DNA of 64,000 nt from Geosiphon pyriformis uo1 (lineage: Eukaryota; Fungi; Glomeromycota), in assembly GCA_016748015.1 (NCBI GenBank), contig JAAOMT010000328.1, forward strand, positions 763,960-827,959. Direction: 5' to 3'. Position 1 is the stretch's first letter. Each line of letters starts with the position of its first letter. Positions 12,586 to 26,747 of the stretch are shown one piece after another. Both the position numbers and the translations under genes were made by a program. The notes below the pieces were generated by a model. That model was not told the DNA's origin. It worked only from the letters and a program-made list of their open reading frames with translations, and did no database searches.

Positions 12586-15500
12586 ATGGGTTCTAAAGAC
12601 GTATATGATGACTCTGGTCGCTTCGAACTTCAGCTTCTCGGAAGAGACGCAGTCGTAGAGGTTGACTGTCAAAGCCCTGAGAGTGTGGAAGAAATTTTGG
12701 AAATCTTGCGTATTGAAGGAATCGCACTAAAATCCCTCATACCTGTGGCTGTATGTATATGCGGTCAACAGATAGGAAGAAAGTTCAAACCTTTAACTAT
12801 TGTTGTTTTTTACGAAGCTATATTTCAATGTGAACCGCAATCAACCCGATCCTGCCATCTCCATACTGGAACAAGGCCTTCGAACAGGTAGCTCGTTCGA
12901 TTCCTTTTTAGTGAGACTCTTAAAAACGACTTTAGCTTTTCCTTATTTCCACTCTTGCATGCTTTCTCAAGCTAGTGGAAATCCTCAAGAAAGGCTTCCA
13001 CTGATCAATTTGCTCGCCAGCCTGTACATAAAAAAAGCCAAAGAAGTTCCAAGCGCCAAGCGAGAAGAAAAAAACACTTATTTATCATCGGCTACCGAAA
13101 GATACAATGAAGCCTCGCATTTAAACTATAGAGAACCAATCACATGGGTTGGAAAAGGCATGTATGATTGTTCTCTGAGAATTCATTTCCTTTTGAAAGA
13201 TCTCAATTAACCCCCCCCCCCCAACTCTACCTGGGATTCTCTAAATTTAGGACTGCTATATTTAGCCAGAAATGATGCCGAATTAGCACACCGTGCTTTT
13301 ATGAACGCGTTGGAAATTGCACCCACTAATATTCCTGCTCTTTTTGGCAAGGTGAGATTCTTTAGAAACCTGTTTCTTGAATCTTTGCCCGGTTAGCTTT
13401 GCTAATATCGGATTAATCACAGGCACGAGTTCAATACAATCATAGGGAATTCAATAATGCTCTGACAACCTACCAGACTATTCTCAAGCTAAATCCAAAT
13501 TGTAAACCTGACCCACGTATCGGAATCGGTTTATGCTACAATAAGCTTAAATATGTTGATCAAGCATACATGGTGTTTCTGCGTTGCCTAGAAGTTGTAA
13601 GGCTAGCAACCTTCGAACGAGACTACTCTTCATTTTATCGAGACGCCTACCTCTCACTCACTCACTCACTCACTATTTTATCTCATTAGGACCCGGACAG
13701 TGTCGCGGCGAACATATTATTGGCTCAAATGGAAATCAACAAAATGAAAGATCCAAATACCCCCGAAGAACATCGTGCCCCTCTTCTCACCCAAGCAATG
13801 GGACGTATTCTTAGAGCACACGAACTTGATCCAAAGCATCCAACCGCCTTGAATCTATTAGCCAATTATTTGTTCTATCGGCGTCAATTCGATCAAATTG
13901 TTCAAACTGATGATGTTACTGAAGATGACACCGAGATATCATATACAACGGTACAATTCCCCCTCCCCCCTAGTGGCAAAATCACGGATTTTAGATTATA
14001 AATTTCCTCTGTTTTATAGCTGTTTGATGTCGCCCAAAGGGCGGAACGATACAGTGATACTAAACCTATTCTTGCCGAAGCTCATTATCAGCAGGCCCGT
14101 GCCTATCATCTTTTGGTATATTCCTCAAGCCAAATCTCTTAACATGTCATCATTAGTTTACTTTGAGCCGTTATAAAATTTTGTCTTTTTCCAAATCTAA
14201 TAGGAAGATTGGGACAAAGCCTACTATCATTACGCTCAGGCCATGAAAACTTATGATGAACATAATCTGGCGCATTTCGGAATGTGCCAAGTTCTTTTGC
14301 GTAAAGGCAAGAACAAAAACTGACATAATGTGTTTTTGATTCATAGTTTCATCATTTTGGTGTCTTCAAAATTAAAATATATATTAACTTTAACACCCCA
14401 GGTGCAATCGATACCGCTAGAGCCGGACTTGAAAGATTACAATCGAAAGTTGGACCAAATGTAGATATTATAACGGTATGATCGACCCGATAATATGAGG
14501 ATCTTTCCGTCAAATGTGATTTTATCAATAAAATTCATCCATCTCTTTTTGAATTCAAGGTCCTTGCTGCTATATACGCTTATAATTATAGAAACGATAT
14601 TAATGCCACCCAAGCTCGTGATGAGTTTGAGAAAAAGATTAAGATGATTAAGGAGGAGAAATTTGACGACCCTCAGGTTTTTATCGAGAAAGCACAGTTA
14701 TGGGAAGGACAAAATTGGCACAAAAGTTTAACGGGTGCGAAATTGCTAATGAGTTCATCTTTTTGCAGCTCGCATGCATGAAGTAAAGAAAAAAATTAGA
14801 TATTGTTTTGTGTATTTGAATTCTAACCCAACCCAAACTATCTATGATCCCTATAGCATACAAGCGGGCAGCTGACATATATTTTAACAGTGGACTCCCG
14901 ATTCCCCCGCAAGTGCTGAATAATATGGGAGTCATATATTTTAATCAACGTAAGATTCTTAAGATAGCTTGACTTTCGGTTAATAAACTCCGAGATTTAC
15001 TAATGATATCTTTAGCCTCCCAGGATAAGAATCACGAAAAAAATTATGCGGATGCATTGAAATGTTTCCAGGAAGCCCAAAAGAACGTGATCCTCCCATC
15101 TGACAAAGGAATAGCATTAACTATTGGGTACAACATAGCTCGTACTTACGAACAACTGGGTAGACCACAAGATGCAATCGAGGAATACTTTTGCATGGCC
15201 ACAGAACACCCTGGCTTCGTGGATGGTATATGTTTTCATTAAAAGGCTAAACTCTTGAATATTATTAGGCCCGCTAATTTTTATCTGAATACTTTACTTT
15301 CCACATGTCAGCACATCTTCGTATCGCTGCGATCCACGAGGATAATATTGACTGGAACGAGGCCGCAGAAATATATGATACAATATTGAGACATGACGAA
15401 TCAAATATTAATGTTCGTATAGCCCTGGGACGTCATTATATTAAACGGGGCAAAAGTCGAGAAGGAAGACAATGTTTTGAAAAGGTTTTGCAACATTTTG

Positions 15501-16988
15501 ACCGTCACAACATTTACTCGTTATTGTCACTGGGAAGCTTTTGGCTCAACGTGGCTCGAGAAGAAATGAAGAAGCCCGATCAAGCAGAAGAGAGAAAACG
15601 TATATACAATAAAGCTCTCGAATTTTTTAAAAAAGTGTTACAATTGGAACCAAAGAGTATTTGGGCGGCCAATGGAATATTGGTTGCAAACGCGGAAAAT
15701 AACTGGATTGAAGAGGCCAAAGATGGTTTTGCTACAGTCTGTGTGCAAGCTTTCCGTTTACGTGAGATACCTTTCTCCATTTGAAAACTTCTAACATCAC
15801 ATCATACTATATGCAGATTAGAGAATCCGCTCAGATGGCGGTGCCAGATATCTCAATCAATTACGCCCACACTTTAATGGAGTTGAAAGATTACAAAACC
15901 GCTATCATGGAGGTAGGCGTGTGGAATTTATCACGTTTTTGATGTGCTACACATTATTGTCATTCATGTTTCCTCGGCGTTACCCTTCACGCTACAGTAC
16001 GAAAGTGTACGCCAGAAAAGATTCAACACTGGGCAAGACATTGACATCCAGTTGTTGATGTGGTTAGCCAAAGCTTACTATTTGCATGGTAAGACTGCGA
16101 AAAACGTGGCGTCCATGGAAAAGGCCTTGCTTTACACGCAAAAAGTGAGTTACACAATATATGCCAAGCCAAACGTTTTGTTTACGGCCACCATCCGCAA
16201 ATAATGACCCGCAAAATATTCGCTCGGGTCGAACCCCACACCCATACGGAAATTAGGCATATATTCTCAGACCGGGGGATCAGCTGGTGATATATGATGT
16301 CGCGGTTTGCCAACAAAGCCTTGCACAGCTTGTCGGTGAGCAAGGAAAGACGGAGAGATCATCTGCTATTCTTGAATATCAGACGAAACAGGTCGAGTGT
16401 AGTCGAAGGTACACGTATTAAGTCTACACCAATCAATGAGACCGGTGTGTGATGTGCTAATTGATTTAAATTGTGCAGGTTGTTTACTCGCTGTATTACT
16501 TTGTACGAAGAGAATCAAAAAAGAGACCCAAAGAAAGAACCGGTGCAACATTTTGGTTTCAATCCCGATTTGGCACGTCAACGTGTGAAATTTGCCGACT
16601 CTGTGTTGAAAATGTTGTTGGCCAAGACCGCGGAGCAGAAAGATCATGAAAAGGAATCCCAAAGACGGCACGCGGCAGCCCTGGCGCTAAGAGCGGAAAA
16701 ACAGCGAAAGGAAGAAGAAGCCAAAGTATTTATGTGTATTAATCACATGTTTACCAATCCCGATTTATGCAGAATATCAATTTTTTGTTCTATTTCTATT
16801 AGGCAAGAGAGGATGAAGTGCGGAGAGCAGAAGCTCTGCGCGCTGATGAATTGCAAAGGCAGTTCCAAGAGACTGCGCGTAGTTGGAACTTGGATGGATC
16901 AAGTCGTGATTCGGAAGGTAGAAAGCGTCGGCGCAGAGATGATGACGATGATGGAGTCGAGAAACATCAGAATCCCGATGGAGTTTAG
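12586..16988 (+). CDS. CTR9: RNA polymerase II-associated Paf1 complex TPR subunit, many introns
   Basis: TPR array with CTR9 hallmarks WVGKGLLYLA, NIPALFGKARVQY, PDPRIGIGLCY, TIGYNIARTYE, HNIYSLLSLGSFWL, VLQLEPKSIWAANGI; charged C-terminus ending KHQNPDGV-stop at 16988. Confidence 0.93.
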
Positions 16989-17482
16989 AATTTTGCGATC
17001 CCATTTACATGTCAAGAACAATTGATGCCTCTTAACTTAAAAATAACCGTAGTGTTCGTGAAAGGATTAACACATTGTACTGGGTTTTTTTTTTGATTTT
17101 CGTACCACACTGTTAAAAAGATGATCTCTTGAATAGTTGCCCATTCTTGTCCATCAACGGATAAGTGCGCTTATCCGTTACATCCGCTGATAATCTTTAG
17201 CATCTCAAGTATGCTTGCCCTACCGTGGTAGTCTGTAATACATTATCATTGTCTTCGTCTCCAATTAATCACCGCTACTATTCTAATGATAATATCAAAT
17301 GGAAAAACCAGGAGCTCGAAGGATTTTTCTTCAAAAGGCTCTTGCGCTTAGTTCGTTGATAAAATACTTCTGTCCTTTGTCAATTTAAGCTTCTCTATTA
17401 TAGAGAAAATCTGTAAAGAGCACGCGGTATTTGCTCTGGGTGTCATTCCGATCTGTGATTGCCTCAACAAATAATAGATAAC

Positions 17483-20400
17483 ATGGAATCAAATAACCAT
17501 CTTGCTTCTACAATCAAACCGCTTGAAATAGAGCAGCACGTATCATTTGCGATTCCGAGCCGAACACCTTCCTTGAAATCTGTGGCGTCTCTCAGACAAC
17601 CTCGTTATCATACGGTTTACCAGCCAACCAAACGCGAACAATTAGCTGTACAACTAGACAACTCTGCCATTGGGAGTATATGGAAGTTGGTGGACGCTTT
17701 TCTCAACATTCTCTTGTGTGGTGCTTACATTGCGAACACGCCTTATTTTCTTAGCAGTCTGCCTGCTTTTAATGTGTGGTTTGAGTTTGTGATGGCCATC
17801 CTGTTGCTGATGGAATACCTTCCCAAATTCTACATTACCCATTTCAATTCGTGGAGATCACTTTTCACACACGTCTCTCCGATTCTCACCTTCCTTACGG
17901 TGTATCCGGTATTTAGTGTAGCACAAGATTCCAATTTCAAAGACACACCTGCCCTGGTATTTTTGTATCCTTTCCGATTCATCAGGTGTCACTTGTCCGT
18001 CCATGATTGCTTTGTAAGAAGCGAAAAGTCGGTGCTGAGGCTCGGACAAGTGACTAGTAAAGTCTTGATATTTATAGAGTCGATTATTTTTTTAATCTTG
18101 ACCGGATCTTCGTTGCTACATGGGGTAGAATTTGTTTATAAGGTGCTGAATCGTTACCATTCTCAATTCTTGTATCCTAATCGTTCTGACTGACTGACTG
18201 ACTGAATCAACTTGAATCATTAAATCAATAATATATTAGGGGCAAGAAAACCTTTCCTTCCTAGATGGTATGGGAAAATTTATTAAAGTTACCCGCGCCA
18301 TCGATTAGATCCGTTGTACCAATCGCTGACTGGAGTGCTGTTTTTTAGCTGTTTTTTTTACAACAATTATGTTGGGAACCGTGGGCTACTTGAGTGATGT
18401 TGTTCCTGATGGCGCTTTTCCTCGGATACTTTTGCTGGTGATTTTTACGATGGGCCTCATCTTCATTCCGGTAAAAATTTTAATGCTTCAAGATCATTGA
18501 TCACCTTTTAATATGAAGATAAAATCTAAAAGCAGCCCTATGGTTTTTCCTCCAATTCAGTACTCCATCTCTGAATTAACCATTTTGTTGCGTTCCAAAT
18601 CGCCGTACGATAAAGCTTTTCGGAGAATATCACGGCAGCCTCATGTTATTATAATTACACCGACCATCGAGTTGCCTTCATTAAGGCACTTTTTGAAAGA
18701 ATTTTATTCATTGGCTCATGGACCTGGAACAATCAATACCAAGGTTGAAAAAATTTTCCTAATCTTTGACCATTATCTAAATATTGGTCATCATTAATCT
18801 CCTTTTCAAAGGTGGTAATATTGAATCCTGTCGATCCCACTGAACGCGTCAAAACATTTCTTTCTGACCCAATGTACGCTCATCGTGTTCAATATGTTCG
18901 TGGCAGCTCGCTCGAATCACGCAGTTTGAAAAAAATAAGGGCCAAAGATGCGGCCGCTTATTTTATCCTGGCAAAGAAGTACACACAGCAAAGTGAATCA
19001 ATTGATGCCGAGAATGTATTGAAAGCAATGGTATTTTTTATTTTTGTACTTGGGTAGCTATCTGAATTTCAAAAGATTTCGTTTAATTCACCAGGGAATA
19101 CCTTGGATACAACATTAGGCTTTGAGAAAATACGATGAAGGCCCAAAACTCTATATTCAATGCATCCTTCCCGAGAATAAGATTCACTTTGAAAGCTTAC
19201 GTAAGTATTTCAAGGCATTATTTTAATGAGATCAGAAATATCCTAAAATTTTAATGCATTTCGTTGATTAGACCCTGAACAAATAATATGTATTGATGAG
19301 TTGAAGCTGGCCATACTTGCTCATTCTTGTCTGACCCCTGGTTTCTCAACGCTATTGTACGGGCTTACAACTTCATTTACGAGTGAAACCGCACATGAAC
19401 TACGATATGCCAAACGTCGTAGAAGATCCCTCGGACTGGATAATGACTCAATCGAGGATTATATTTCTGGATTGACACAATCCATTTATACCACTACTTT
19501 GTCCGATTTCTATTCAGGACAGGCATTTCTCTTAGTTGCTGGTCAGTCAAAAAAATCGCAGATATTGAGAACTCCGCGTCCTAGTTTCCAGAAAATTTTA
19601 CCTTCTTTGAATCCTTTTAGAAAACATGTATGTCATGCTTGGGGTGGTTCTTTTCGCAATCGGAATTCCTAAAAAGCGATCCTTCTCGCGTTATTCGCAG
19701 CATTGGATGTTTGATGAAAACGAGGAGGAAGGACAAGAGGATCTAAAGAATTATATGGTTCTCATCAACCCTGGTGATTATATTGTCAAAGGAGATGAAA
19801 TTGGGTTTATTATTGCGAGTGATGAGATTATAGCTGATGGGTTATCTAAGGTTGCGGCTGCAGAACAATCCGAAAGAAATTTCAGTGGTGCTCACATGAT
19901 TCATGGAGATTCCCTCACGGAGAGGCAGCCCCTATTATCTCCCGACTCGTTGAAAAGTAGCGGAAGTGGTTATTTTGATCTGAAGAAAAAATATAGTTCG
20001 ATACCTCCGATAACTCCGAGAACTCCCGAATATCCTCACAAACCCGATTCGATCCCATCAATCCGACGTCAACGTGCATTGTCAACACCACTAGCTTTTG
20101 GGGCCGAACACCCCCATCCTCATCCGCATCCGCATCCGCATCAAGAACTTCTTCATTCTCACACAATTGATCCCGTGGCAACTTCATCCACCGTCCCTCT
20201 TCCTGTTCTGCACGAAATTGAAGGCAAGGGCCTTTTAATAGATAATATTGATGGGCATATTCTTCTCTGTGACTATAGTACCACTACTTTCCCTCGAAAT
20301 CTGGATTGTTTTGTGAGCCCTTTGCGCAAGTCACACCTTGGGAAATTAATACCAATCGTGATTTTATCACCTGCCAGACCAAGTCAAAGCCAGTGGCGTA

Positions 20401-21328
20401 TATTGAGTCAGTTCGATCAAGTCTATTTCCAACAAGGGAATCCAATGACTCGTGAAGGATTAGAAAGTGGCCGTGTTACCCATGCAAAGCAAGTGGTAAG
20501 CTTTGTATAATTAATTCCAACTTAGAGACGGTTCTGGGGATCTCGTTAAGATTTTTTATGACGAAGCTTTATTTTAATTAGGTGATATTAACTGATGCAA
20601 CAAGAATATTAAGGTATGACGCTTTCCTTTCTTCCCCTTACTTTCCACATTTTTCCTAATTCTTCATAATCTCTTTTTAGAAATGGCGAGAAAACTGAAG
20701 ACGCATCAGCGATGCTAGTTTTCTTGAACATTAAAGCCATGTGCCAGCAGAATGTTGAGATTTTTGTGGAATTTGTGCACATGGATAACATGAAGTTTAT
20801 GTCCGAGGATACGGCAGCCATAGATAAAGAGATGCAAGGTACTTGACGAATTTTGCTGTTTGTCTCAATTTGAAGGATCTTCTTTAATAAATCGCCTTCT
20901 ACATTTGTACAGCACATCATTCCCCGGCTTTCATGGCTGGAACCTGTTTCTCACTATCCATGCTCGACAGTATTATCTGTCAATCGTTTTATCAGCCTCA
21001 TTTGGTAGCTATAATCCAGCAAATGCTGTTTGGTGCCCCCCCGCTTCATCTGCCATCAGGTGCCACATGTCCTGCCCCTGCTCATTCTCATGTTTTCCAA
21101 ATACCGATGCCTCAGCTTTATATCGGGGCTCATTATGAGGACTTATTTGTTTATATGGTTTCAGAAAAGAAGTCAGTTCCATTGGGTTTATATCGTACAC
21201 GGACTGTACAAACTCCTTCGGGCGATTTAAAGGAACTCAATTATGTGTATACTTGCCCGAAGTCTCAAGTTATATTACGAAGTGACGATAGGTTGTTCCT
21301 GTTGAGCAGAAAGGCTCCATCGGTATAG
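17483..21328 (+). CDS. BK/Slo-type (calcium-activated) potassium channel homolog with RCK domains, spliced
   Basis: TM helices, pore helix-filter AVFFTTIMLGTVGYLSDVVPD, RCK motifs VQYVRGSSL, IDELKLAILAHSCLTPGFSTLL, GHILLC, FVSPLRKS, FMAGTCFSLSMLDSIICQSFYQPH, PLGLYR, YVYTCP. Confidence 0.9.
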
Positions 21329-21564
21329 GGAGAGAGCAGCATACAAATATTGTTGCTTCCAACAACTAGATCTCAACCTGTACATTCTATTAATTTGTAT
21401 ACTATTTATATATTATTATAACTCATAAAAAGACACATATTTAGAGACTACACATAGGGTGCTTTTTGATCGTCTTTATATTTGATCGGACATTTGAGTC
21501 AAAATCTTTTTATTAAATATTCTGATCACTAATCTACCAAAGGTTATTCTTACATTAACGTCTG

Positions 21565-24500
21565 ATGCTGAAGAAATATTTTTCAAGAAAGGGCTGCAGT
21601 CAGCACGGCTTGAAAATCTTTCTTTTATGTAGTTTTCCTCGCATACCTCTTACCCTCTTTTGTGCGAACAGTTGTTTTTGCAAAATTACATCAACACGTG
21701 CGATATCATCTTTCGCGGGAACCGAACTTTCTGAAGGTGTAAAAAAATCGAGCGTGAATAACCCAAATAAAGCGTACAGTGACACTCTGCTATTGCCGAA
21801 AACAGATTTCCCTCTGAGAGCAGACCCAATAAAGCGCGAAAAATTATTCAGAGAACGATGCACTACTGAGTTGTATCAGTGGCAAGTTCGTATCGGTTGT
21901 GCCCTTGATATTTTGTGCTGAAATTTTTTATGCAACCTTTTATGCTGGATTAAGTTAGGCGTTGTTACTTTGTTAGCTAGAGAATAACCCACAAGACACG
22001 TTTATATTACATGATGGACCGCCCTACGCGAATGGCGAATTGCACATAGGTTTGATTTTAATGGCTCCCAATCTGAAACATCGAAATGTTTTCTACCTAA
22101 TTTCGATCTCAATTAGGGCATGCATTGAACAAGATATTAAAAGACATCATAAATCGTTACCAGATTCTTCAAGGATACAAAGTAAAGTGGGTTTTGATCA
22201 GACTAATACTTTTTTAAATTTTCACTTTATTAAAAGCCTTATATCATTCCGGATTTTTATTTCGATAAGCTATATTCCTGGATGGGATTGTCATGGGCTT
22301 CCGATCGAGCTCAAAGCACTTTCCGAATTAAAAGTAAATCAATTGAATTTCAGCGCAATCAAGTTTTTCTCTTTAATACTTGTTCAATCACACAAATACT
22401 GGGTTTTTTCGGTACCTGAACAGGCAACAAATCGATCCGCGCTTTCACCAATTGAAATTCGAAAGATCGCTCGTGCAACCGCGTTGAATGCCATTGAAAC
22501 GCAAAAGAGCGATTTTATCAGTTGGGGGATCATCGGCGATTGGGAACACGCATATCGTACTTTAGGTTTGTATTGAAAAATTTGATATTTATCGAATTCA
22601 TATCCCCAAAATGTGCTTCAAATTCATAATTCGTCTCTTTAAAACTATAGATAATGATTACGAGATAAGGCAATTAAAGGTTTTCAACAAGATGGCACAA
22701 AAAGGTATATGAAAACTGGTTTTTATAAATGGTTGTGGAAATTCAAAACTTATTGTGAAGAAAATAATTTACATTTATGGAAGGATACATTTACAGGCAA
22801 AATAAGCCAGTATATTGGTCTCCATCATCAAGGTAATGATGAGGATACCATTAAGGTTTTTGGAAAATCACGTGTTTGTCGCGTGACGTCATATCAGAAC
22901 ATTGTGAGCCCCACTTTGCTTTACAATTATCTTATCATCATTTATTATTCTTACTAAAGAACGGCATTAGCTGAATCCGAATTAGACTATCATGATCATA
23001 AGAGCAAATCCGTCTACGTTAAACTTCTAGTCGAGAAACTACGTAAGTGAAGTTTAGCGTTTATATAGAATTTTTTTTCAAAGTAAAAACTATTCTTAAT
23101 GTTTCAATTACATAGCATTATCCTTGCAAGGAATCCTTCCAGCAGACAATCTCAAATTGTCCGCCTTAATATGGACTACCACTCCTTGGAGCCTTCCCGC
23201 AAACCAAGTATTTTGACCTGATCAAACCACATATATGATTTATTTTTTACTATATGTCGGCTGATGTGTATGTAGGCGATAGCAGTAAACCCTCTGATTT
23301 CCTATTCAATCATCTCGGCAAATCCCATCGATGGATCAAGCCCAGAATATTATATTGTTGCTACCAATCGTTTTTTTATTCTGCAGCAGTTGGTTGGCTT
23401 AGAGACCACTTTGACCCAGATCGCTGAGTTTTCTGGCAAGCATCTCCTATTTTTCATTGATTATCATTAGTCCCCATTTATTTATGTGTTGTTTTCTTAT
23501 CTGAAAAACAATCAGGGTCACAAATCGTCGGGATCTCTTATCTTCATCCAATTACCAACATATACCATCACGTAATTTCCGCATCTTATGTAACTGATGA
23601 TAGTGGGACAGGTAAGCGACTCTCATCTAGTTGGCAATCAGATTTCAACTGCAAATAATTAATTTTTCAATCCAAAGGTTTGGTGCACATCGCTCCGGGC
23701 CACGGATTAGAGGATTATGAAATTTGCAAAAACTTAAATATCCCGGCGTTTTGCCCTGTTGATGACCTTGGAAACTTTACGTCGGATGTGGGCGTCCTTT
23801 CCCTTGAAGGGAAATTTGTACTGGATAACGGTACAACCGCAGTCATTGAATATTTAAAAGCGAAAAATTTGCTTTTAAGAGAGGAGATTATTTCACACAA
23901 GTATCCCTATGATTGGAGAACCAAGAAGCCAATCATATTAAGGTCGGTGCCCGCGTTATGCAATGAATTATGATTTTATTTTGGTTTTAATTTCATTAGT
24001 TCCAAACTTTTATCGTCTCGAAAATAGAGCCACATCACAATGGTTTGCAAATTTAGAAGATATTAAAAAAAAAGCATTTGCATCACTTGCTGGTGTCAAA
24101 ATGATTCCAGAGAACTGTCGGTGATTTTTCTCTTTTGCATTTCAAAAGATGCTTTTATAGAATATTTATATTTGTTATATGGATTATAAAGCCCGTAACA
24201 GGCTCGAAGGATTCATTCAATCTCGAAGTGAATGGTGTATTTCACGACAGCGTGCTTGGGGAGTTCCGATTCCGGTGTTGTATGATACCGAAACTGATGA
24301 ACCATTGTTGACTGATTCTTCAGTGAAATATATCCTTGAAATAATCAGAAAGCTGGGATCCGACGGATGGTGGACCACTGATGAGAGGGAATTACTTGCC
24401 CCTGAATATCGTGATAATGGTATGCTAAAAGTGGATTAGCTATTCTAGTCTTGGTTTTTATTTGATCTCATTTTGACAATAGGGCGAGTTTATCGAAAAG

Positions 24501-26546
24501 GGTATGACACAATGGACGTGTGGTTTGACAGTGGGGTTTCATGGTCCTTGATTGATGAAAAGTTTCATCAAAGGTAACTTCAGCGTCATAAAAATTGCTA
24601 GATTTTATGCTAAATTAATAATTACCAATAGACAAAAGCAGAGTTCTCTTGTCGACGTGTATTTGGAAGGAAACGATCAACATCGGGGATGGTTTCAATC
24701 CTCTCTATTGACTTCGAGTAAATATTGGCGTGGGGCCTGTCAAAATTATCTATAATTGGAGATACTTAGTTTTTTTTCAATTTATAGTTGCCGTTAACGA
24801 GAAACCGCCTTATTCAACATTAATAACGCATGGTTTTGTCGTGGATGAACAAGGTCGAAAAATGTCAAAGTCGTTAGGTAATATCGTGCAACCCAAAACA
24901 ATTATTCAAGGTGGCAAGGTGATCCTATTCAGCTTCCGAAGTCGATCCATCTCACATAATAGAGACTTATTTTATATAAATTCTTTGTTTCAACACAGAA
25001 CATTCAAAAAGACCCACCCTATGGTGTTGATGTTTTGAGACTTTGGGTAGCCTCAGCAGAATGTGCTAAAGATGTGACAATTGGCCCGGCGGTCATGAGT
25101 AAAGTTTTAAAGATTATAAATTTATTAAACGGCTTGAGTAAATCATTCTAATGTTCATTTCAAAATATAGGCCAAGTAGCAGAAAGTCTACGAAAATATC
25201 GAAATAATTCTCGCTTCATGTTAAGTAACTTGAACGACTTTACTCATGATCAGCAAGTGAGCTTTGATAGATTAAGACCGGTGAATTTTCATTTTTATTT
25301 TGAACAATTTTTAAATCTGAAATTATCGATTTGATCCTAAGTTTTTTTTTTACAATGATTCAGATTGACCAGTATATGCTGCATGAGCTCTATCAATTCG
25401 GGCAAAAGGTTCAAGAATCTTATCAAGATTTTTCTTTCCAGCGAGGTATATGTGTTTTGTCATAGAGCTTTGGGAAAAAAGATTACAAGCTAATCGTTTG
25501 CCATTATCTTCTTCATTTACAGTTGTGCAAACTCTCAACAATTTCTCCAACGTGGGATTGTCTGCATTTTATTTTGAAATCATCAAAGATTGCTTGTATG
25601 CAGATCATTCCGATAGTTTGAGCCGAAGAGCTGCCCAAACAGTACTTTACCATGTAGGTCTTTCTCTGGTTACTTTAATCGTATAATTTTTCACATATTT
25701 CTTATTATCTACAGATCCTCAACGTATACACGCTATCTATTGCTCCCATTGCTCCCCATCTGGCAGAAGAGATATACGATAATTTCAAGCCATCTGGACC
25801 AGTTGCACATAGCTCGGTTTTCAAGCTTGGCTGGTATCATTTAGTGAGTTTGATGAAAGTTCGATTACTCTAACACTTCCATAAAAATTACTGAATCTAC
25901 ATGACTTTTAGGAAGATCATTGGAACAATCCAATAATTGCCAAGGAATGGGAGATCATTAAGAATGTTCGGGGTGAAATCAATCAACTCTTAGCAACAGC
26001 TAGGAAAAACAAGTAACCAAGTTATCCTTCATAGACACTGATGAATAATGCATTTCAAAGCATGATCGGGACTTAATTATAATTTTATTTAGATCAATAA
26101 AAAGTTCTTTGGAGGCAAAAGTTTATTTGCTGAACATGGATGAAAAAACAATTATATATGAGGTACTCAAAAAACATGGTAAGTACATGATCAATAAAAA
26201 TCCTGATTTTAGGTAATCATGAATACTAAAGGGAATTGCCTGACTATTATTAGAATTGGGTTTGAAAGGCATTTTCATAACATCTGATGCCAAAATATAT
26301 TCTGAAACAACCGACATGCCTTTGCAAAGTCTTACAGAGAATGTCTCCTTTATTAATGGAAAAATCAATGAGATACCAATATATGAGAAGTGGTTTAGCT
26401 TTTCAGACGGGGGAAAATGTCGAATTATAGTTAAAAATGCAACAGCGAAAAAATGTCCGCGATGCTGGAATTATACAGTAACTAAAGAGAATGATATTTG
26501 TGATCGATGTGAAAAGGTTGTTAAGAAAAATCGCAATCTCAGTTGA
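21565..26546 (+). CDS. ISM1: Mitochondrial (bacterial-type) isoleucyl-tRNA synthetase, many introns
   Basis: [82 protein letters not shown]-terminal KCPRCW..CDRC zinc finger; N-terminal presequence. Confidence 0.95.
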
Positions 26547-26747
26547 ATGCTTATATGCATCAAAAATTACAACATAGCTATTAATCGGTTGAAACCAATG
26601 TTTGGAACTTGAAAAATATCAAATTCAATTTCTATCTATAAAAGACCTAATACTTATATACTGCCATTTTTTGGAAACGCTCCATATCTTTCCATTTTGA
26701 AACCTAATAGTAAATTTGCCAATTTGGTCTGTATTATCCTCAGTGGC

